A stretch of DNA of 53,812 bases from Minisyncoccota bacterium (GTDB taxonomy: Bacteria; Patescibacteriota; Microgenomatia; UBA1400; PJMF01), in contig JABGTR010000028.1 in NCBI GenBank assembly GCA_018646985.1, forward strand, positions 1-53,812, given 5' to 3'. Numbering within the stretch: the first letter of the stretch is position 1; each line of letters opens with the position of its first letter. The notes under the pieces are model-generated. The model did no database searches, was not told the DNA's origin, and was given only the letters and a program-made list of their open reading frames with translations. This document shows, piece after piece, positions 48,869 through 53,812 of the stretch. The position numbers and the translations under genes were made by a program.

Positions 48869-49838
48869 AAACTCTATCACTGCTTCAGCTCCAGGAAAGC
48901 TGATGCTCACTGGTGGCTATGCGGTAGTACATGGTCAGCCTACTATTGTGACTGCAGTTGATCAGAGTTTATCTGTGACAGTTCAAAAAAATGGTCAGGA
49001 TACTTTCCATCTTTATGCACCAGATTTAGGTATAGATGCCTATTCAAAAACTATTGATGACTTGGGCAAGAAGGAGTTGCCTAAGGCAGTTCGGTTTGTG
49101 GAGATTTTGTATAAGAATTTTTTGGAAAGATTCCCTCAGTCAGAAGGGATAAATGTTACCACCAATAGTGAGTTTTCTAGTTCTTTTGGTTTTGGATCTA
49201 GTAGTGCGGTGACGGTAGCTTTTGCTAAAGCTCTAACTTCCTTGTATGAGCTGGATTTTTCTAATGATCAGCTATTCGATATCTGCTATCAAGCCGTAAT
49301 AGAAGTTCAAGGAGTTGGATCAGGTTTTGATATTGCCGCAGCCATCTGGGGCGGAACTTTATACTATGTGAGTCCCGCTAAAATAGTGAAGCCGATTGTT
49401 TTAGAAAAACTGCCTATAGTAGTTGGTTACACTGGTATTAAAGCAGATACTCCGACTTTAATTAGAATGATTAATTCAGATTTAAATCGAAAACCAGCTG
49501 AAATTAAGCAAGTTTTTTCAGATATTGGTCAGATCAGCAATGATTTAGAGGAAAAATTATTGGCTAGTGATTGGTCTGCGGTTGGAGGTCTACTTAATAG
49601 TCATCAACAACAGATGAGAGAATTAGGTGTCAGCTCGATAGAGCTTGAGAGGCTGATAAATGCCTCTCTAGATGCAGGTGCGCTTGGCGCTACTTTGTCT
49701 GGTGCTGGTGGAGGTGATTGTATGGTGGCTTTGGTTGATGATAAATCTAGAAAAAAAGTAGGGTTAGCAATTGAAGAAGCTGGAGGTAGAGTAATTGAGG
49801 TAAACTTACAGGCACCAGGAGTTAGAATAGAGAATTAA
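48858..49838 (+). CDS. GHMP kinase, phosphomevalonate kinase-like (mevalonate kinase not excluded)
   Basis: APGKLMLTGGYAVV, GFGSSSA, GSGFDIAAA, SGAGGGDC (the DC ending is typical of PMK). Confidence 0.75.
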   Translation: MKNKNSITASAPGKLMLTGGYAVVHGQPTIVTAVDQSLSVTVQKNGQDTFHLYAPDLGIDAYSKTIDDLGKKELPKAVRFVEILYKNFLERFPQSEGINVTTNSEFSSSFGFGSSSAVTVAFAKALTSLYELDFSNDQLFDICYQAVIEVQGVGSGFDIAAAIWGGTLYYVSPAKIVKPIVLEKLPIVVGYTGIKADTPTLIRMINSDLNRKPAEIKQVFSDIGQISNDLEEKLLASDWSAVGGLLNSHQQQMRELGVSSIELERLINASLDAGALGATLSGAGGGDCMVALVDDKSRKKVGLAIEEAGGRVIEVNLQAPGVRIEN

Positions 49839-49839
49839 C

Positions 49840-50820
49840 ATGAGAAAAATAACTTATAAAGCCTCAACAGATATAGCCCTCATAAAATACTGGGGAAAAA
49901 AAGATGAGCAGCTCAGAATTCCTGAGAATGACAGTTTTTCAATAGTGATTGACGGTATATATACTATTACTACAGTTGAGTTTAAGACTGATCTAGATAG
50001 GGATGAGGTAACTATTGATGGTGAGCAACAGCTAAAAGAAGTAAATCGGGTTAGTAAGTATTTGGATCGTTTTAGAGAACTAGCTAATATTAAAACTTTT
50101 GCTAAAGTAGTTTCAGAAAGTAATTTTCCTAGAAGCACAGGCTTATCTAGTACTGGCTCTGCTTTTGCAGCTTTAACTTATGCGGCTACGGCTGCTTTAG
50201 AGTTAGACTTGGATCAAAAAGAGCTGAGTATTCTAGCTAGACAAGCTTCTGGCACAGCTTGCAGATGTGTCTGTGGTGGTTTTGTGCAGTGGCATGGAGG
50301 CAAATCCTCATCAGATTCTTATTCAGAAACAATTTTTCCAGCAGATCATTGGGATCTCAGAGATATTGTGGTGGTAGTAGATGATAAAGCAAAACAAATC
50401 TCTTCCACAGCTGGGCACAAGACAGCTCAAACTAGTCCCTTTTACTTAACCAGGCAAAAAAATTTACCTTCAAAAATGAAGTTATTGCAGGAATATGTTG
50501 AGAACCGAGACTTTACTCAGCTGGGAGAGTTAATAGAAGCTGAAGCTTTGGAATTTCATAGTATTTTATTGACCAGCCAGCCACCTCTATTAATGTGGCA
50601 ACCAGGCACAGTTGAAGTAATGAAGACAGTTCAGGCTCTTCGTCAATCAGGTGTTGAAGCATACTTTTCTCTCAATACTGGATTTAATTTGCATGTATTA
50701 ACACTTCCTGAGCATGAAGAGGTAGTTGCTGCTGAGTTGTCTAAATTAAAATTAGTTAAAAATACTATTAAGTCTAAAATTGGTCAAAAACCAACGGAAA
50801 TTAGCCAACATTTATTTTAA
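49840..50820 (+). CDS. mvaD: Diphosphomevalonate decarboxylase-family protein
   Basis: IALIKYWGK, GLSSTGS, ARQASGTACR, ISSTAG; canonical DAGPN appears as NTGFN. Confidence 0.85.
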   Translation: MRKITYKASTDIALIKYWGKKDEQLRIPENDSFSIVIDGIYTITTVEFKTDLDRDEVTIDGEQQLKEVNRVSKYLDRFRELANIKTFAKVVSESNFPRSTGLSSTGSAFAALTYAATAALELDLDQKELSILARQASGTACRCVCGGFVQWHGGKSSSDSYSETIFPADHWDLRDIVVVVDDKAKQISSTAGHKTAQTSPFYLTRQKNLPSKMKLLQEYVENRDFTQLGELIEAEALEFHSILLTSQPPLLMWQPGTVEVMKTVQALRQSGVEAYFSLNTGFNLHVLTLPEHEEVVAAELSKLKLVKNTIKSKIGQKPTEISQHLF

Positions 50821-50822
50821 AA

Positions 50823-51515
50823 ATGAATCAAGACAATAACCTACCTCATCATATTGCAATTGTTATGGACGGTAATCGTCGTTGGGCTAAAAAAAGAGGC
50901 TTAGCTATTATCAAAGGTCATCGTCAGGTATCAGAAGAATTAATTGAGGAGTTAGCAGATCACTGCATCCAAAGAGGCATTAAATATTTAACTCTCTGGG
51001 CATTTAGCACTGAAAACTGGAATAGAGACCCAATGGAAGTAAAGTTAGTGATGGATCTTTTCCGAGAGATGTTAGAGAAGAACATCGATCAACTTCATCA
51101 AAAAGGAATTAAGATTAGCACCATTGGTGATTTGAGTAGATTTGATCAAGATATCAGAGAAAAAATTGAGCAAGGAGTTATGAAAACTGTTCAAAACAAA
51201 AACTTAACATTAACTTTTGCTCTTAATTATGGTGGTAAAGATGATCTATTGAGGGCAGTTAACAAGCTCTCTAAGGAGGACAAAGCCGAAATTACTTCAG
51301 AGATGATTGATCAAAGCTTAGACACAGCTGATCTACCAGACCCAGACCTTGTAATTCGTCCTGGTGGAGAGAAGAGACTCTCTGGATTTTTACTTTGGCA
51401 AACTGAGTATAGCGAACTGTATTTTTCTGATGTATTAATGCCAGATTTCAATGCTCAAGAACTGGATAAAGCCATTGAAGATTATCAAAATAGACAGCGT
51501 CGTTTTGGTAAATAA
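50823..51515 (+). CDS. uppS: Undecaprenyl/polyprenyl diphosphate synthase
   Basis: HIAIVMDGNRRWA, WAFSTENWNR, ALNYGG, PDLVIRPGGEKRLSGFLLWQ, RRFG. Confidence 0.96.
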   Translation: MNQDNNLPHHIAIVMDGNRRWAKKRGLAIIKGHRQVSEELIEELADHCIQRGIKYLTLWAFSTENWNRDPMEVKLVMDLFREMLEKNIDQLHQKGIKISTIGDLSRFDQDIREKIEQGVMKTVQNKNLTLTFALNYGGKDDLLRAVNKLSKEDKAEITSEMIDQSLDTADLPDPDLVIRPGGEKRLSGFLLWQTEYSELYFSDVLMPDFNAQELDKAIEDYQNRQRRFGK

Positions 51516-51519
51516 TTTT

Positions 51520-51870
51520 CTAGAGAATTTTGATTCCAAACATCATTTCTAAAACTCTAGCGATCCAAAAAGAAGCAAAGAGAAGTAAAAACCCCATGAT
51601 GGCAGTGGTAATGCGTTGCTTACCTGCATCGACTGATTTTGAAGTAGCGCTGCCAGCCATCATTTCAATCCCACCCCAGATCAACATCACGAATAGAATT
51701 AAACCAGCAATGGGGAAAGCATAATCTCCCAAAAATCTTGAAATAATACCTCCTGGAGTAGAGAGCTCTTCTGCTAAAGCCGGTGAGCCTTTCTGAATAA
51801 GTGGATTAAGCGAATCAATGACTTCTTTGGTGACTTCTTCACCAGCTGTTTGAGCTATGAGGGTGATCAT
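51520..51870 (-). CDS. VirB2/TrbC-like pilin
   Basis: GGIEMMAGS...AGKQRITTAIMGF between two hydrophobic helices. Confidence 0.78.
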   Translation of the reverse strand: MITLIAQTAGEEVTKEVIDSLNPLIQKGSPALAEELSTPGGIISRFLGDYAFPIAGLILFVMLIWGGIEMMAGSATSKSVDAGKQRITTAIMGFLLLFASFWIARVLEMMFGIKIL

Positions 51871-53072
51871 ATTTCTCCAAATCCTGGGATATGTAAGATG
51901 TTAACCCCAATAAATTGCAAAATAGTAACTGAGAAAATAATAAAGATTAAGCCAATAATTGCTGACGTGAGTATTTCCTTGGCTTCGCTGGTGCGTTTGG
52001 GCTCACCTTCAGATGTGGCAAACAGGAAAGCTGAGGCTAAGATCATTAATAGAGCAATCCCACCTGCAATACTGATGCCAGTTGTCATGAGTTTGCTCAC
52101 AATACCTTCAGTAGAGCTAGTATCAATGCAGCCGATAGCAGTCCAAATCCCCTCTTGTCCTTTGCACTCTTCACACTTTGCTTGAGCATCTGGATCAGGA
52201 ATTTGTTTACAGAGATCAAAAGGTTGTATATCTGAGCTGCCATTGATTCTTTCATCTTCAGTACAATGGTCTTTAATTTGGTTAGTGGTAACTCTACAAC
52301 TAGGAATTTCATGGCTTGCAGTACTTGAACTCATGCTAGTCGGCTTATCAACATAAACACTATATGTAATTGGACTACCAACGTATTTGGTAGTATTATC
52401 TCCGGTTAAGACAGTATCAGTCCCACTTACGGCTCCAGATGAGTTAGCAGAAAATATTCGCTGCGATCCTATTCCTCCTCCCACCACATTGGTTGCTCTA
52501 ACCATGAGTGTGCCTTGATATGGTTCACCATCAACCTGAATGACTCTAAAATTCCAACTTAAACTATCACCTGGAGCGAAACAACCGTCTGTGCCGTCTA
52601 TGGCTGTGTCACTAGAAACCAGAGATACACTACTTTCAACACAAGCTACTCCCTCATCTTCTTTGGCAACAGCATATGTTTTTGCAATACATGACTGACC
52701 ATGGGTAGTGTTAGTAATTTTAATTTTATAGCCGCCATCTTTTTCCCAACAAGAATTGTTATCTACTGTCCAGTTAGCCCCACCAGTAGCATTAACTGAG
52801 ATAGTTTTTTTACTAGCTTCAACTTCATTATCAAAGATCCCATCCTTAACACAAACTACCTCATAGGAAGTATTTGGCTGCAGACCACTAAAGCTGACTT
52901 GTAATGAGGGGGGGACAACCTCAAATCCTTCCTCAAAAGCACCACCATAAGGAGGCTCGAAACCACTCATCGAGACACTAGAACAAAGGTCGGCTGCATG
53001 AGACTGTTTAGGAAACAAAAAAGACAAGCTCAAGCCCAACAGTAACCCAAGTAATAGATTTTTCTTTTTCAC
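51867..53072 (-). CDS. Exported Cys-rich beta protein fused to a C-terminal VirB2-like pilin domain
   Basis: Signal peptide (SHA/AD); ~270-aa Cys-containing beta region; WTAIGCI then ATSEGEPKRTSEAKEILTSAIIGL. Confidence 0.75.
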   Translation of the reverse strand: MKKKNLLLGLLLGLSLSFLFPKQSHAADLCSSVSMSGFEPPYGGAFEEGFEVVPPSLQVSFSGLQPNTSYEVVCVKDGIFDNEVEASKKTISVNATGGANWTVDNNSCWEKDGGYKIKITNTTHGQSCIAKTYAVAKEDEGVACVESSVSLVSSDTAIDGTDGCFAPGDSLSWNFRVIQVDGEPYQGTLMVRATNVVGGGIGSQRIFSANSSGAVSGTDTVLTGDNTTKYVGSPITYSVYVDKPTSMSSSTASHEIPSCRVTTNQIKDHCTEDERINGSSDIQPFDLCKQIPDPDAQAKCEECKGQEGIWTAIGCIDTSSTEGIVSKLMTTGISIAGGIALLMILASAFLFATSEGEPKRTSEAKEILTSAIIGLIFIIFSVTILQFIGVNILHIPGFGEI

Positions 53073-53132
53073 TCTTTCATTCTACCGCATCTACCGGAGG
53101 AACTAAAAGATGAGATTTGTTACACTAGAGCC

Positions 53133-53812
53133 ATGCCCAAAACCATTAGCTGGTTAGTATTTTTATTTAGCTTGGTCTTTATTGGTTTTTCACTAGTTAA
53201 ATCTCCTCATATTCTGGCTGTAGATCCAGTAGAAGATCTTCAGCATCAGATTGATGAGCTGGAGCACCTTAAGCAACTCTCTGTCAATGCAACCAAGCCG
53301 TTGGAAAGCGAACTATCTGGACTTGAATCAAGAATAAATTCTGCTCGTAACGGCATCACCGCAGCTAAGAATAAATCGATAGAGTTAGCAGCAGATATTG
53401 AAGATCGTGAGGAAGAGTTGGCGATCCAGTACTACATTTTATCGAGACGAATTGCAGAACAATACAAGCGCAGTCGCACCTTCTCTCCTTTTATGACTTT
53501 TTTAGCAACTCAGAATGCAGCTAACTTTACTAAAGATATGGCTTATCGCAGCTCTGTCAAAGCTCAGGATAATCGTTTGATTGATGGTATTAGTCAGGAT
53601 ATAGAAAAGCTAGAAGCAGATAGAGCTAAGTTAGAGGCAGATCAAGTGAGACTGGCTTCTTTGGAAAAACAACTAGATGATCAAGCAGATTTCTTTAGAG
53701 TGGAAATAAAAGGGGCTAAAGATTATCAAAATGAATTGGCTGGGAAAATTGCGACCTTAAATGCTCGTCAGCAAGAAATTATTAATGCTAGATCTGGTAC
53801 TTTTACAGCTTC
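53133..53812 (+). CDS. Exported coiled-coil protein (PcsB/CwlO-like N-terminus), truncated by window end
   Basis: Manual translation MPKTISWLVFLFSLVFIGFSLVKSPHILAVDPVEDLQHQIDELEHL...; no stop seen before the end; TGtTACACT 6 nt upstream of ATG. Confidence 0.7.
   Translation, partial: MPKTISWLVFLFSLVFIGFSLVKSPHILAVDPVEDLQHQIDELEHLKQLSVNATKPLESELSGLESRINSARNGITAAKNKSIELAADIEDREEELAIQYYILSRRIAEQYKRSRTFSPFMTFLATQNAANFTKDMAYRSSVKAQDNRLIDGISQDIEKLEADRAKLEADQVRLASLEKQLDDQADFFRVEIKGAKDYQNELAGKIATLNARQQEIINARSGTFTA

Noticed and set aside
1690-52312. Many short ORFs nested in or antisense to long genes (e.g. 11882-12397, 24072-24443, 26303-26632, 34442-34837)
   Set aside because: Shadow frames of well-supported genes with no independent motifs or start signals
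24127-53072. Integrative conjugative element or prophage
   Set aside because: No integrase, relaxase, att repeats or phage structural genes; interleaved with core genes next to oriC

Overview
Replication-origin region of a small, densely packed, AT-rich bacterial chromosome using genetic code 11. Gene content (DUF4012 protein, short ValRS, many VirB2-like pilins, mevalonate genes) suggests Patescibacteria/CPR, probably Microgenomates; this is an inference. Left arm: VirD4-like ATPase, radA, solute-binding protein, VanW protein, SPFH protein, AbrB/Doc toxin-antitoxin pair, valS, HTH-PRTase, rplY, two parS-like palindromes, then rnhA-jag-yidC-yidD-rnpA-rpmH-dnaN-oriC-dnaA. Right arm: a ~29 kb relaxase-free type IV secretion-like locus ending 111 bp upstream of dnaA. 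It holds VirB4, a VirB4 partner, PrgI, a large M23 peptidase, a VirB6-like protein, eight VirB2-like pilin genes and four charged orphan proteins. An idi-kinase-mvaD-uppS isoprenoid operon sits among the pilins on the opposite strand. Most notable: a class-II cobalamin-riboswitch-like leader with a terminator/antiterminator switch controls an orphan gene inside the T4SS-like locus. Also notable: an MvaD with swapped active-site residues and widespread leaderless promoters. No tRNA, rRNA, CRISPR array, integrase or transposase was seen.
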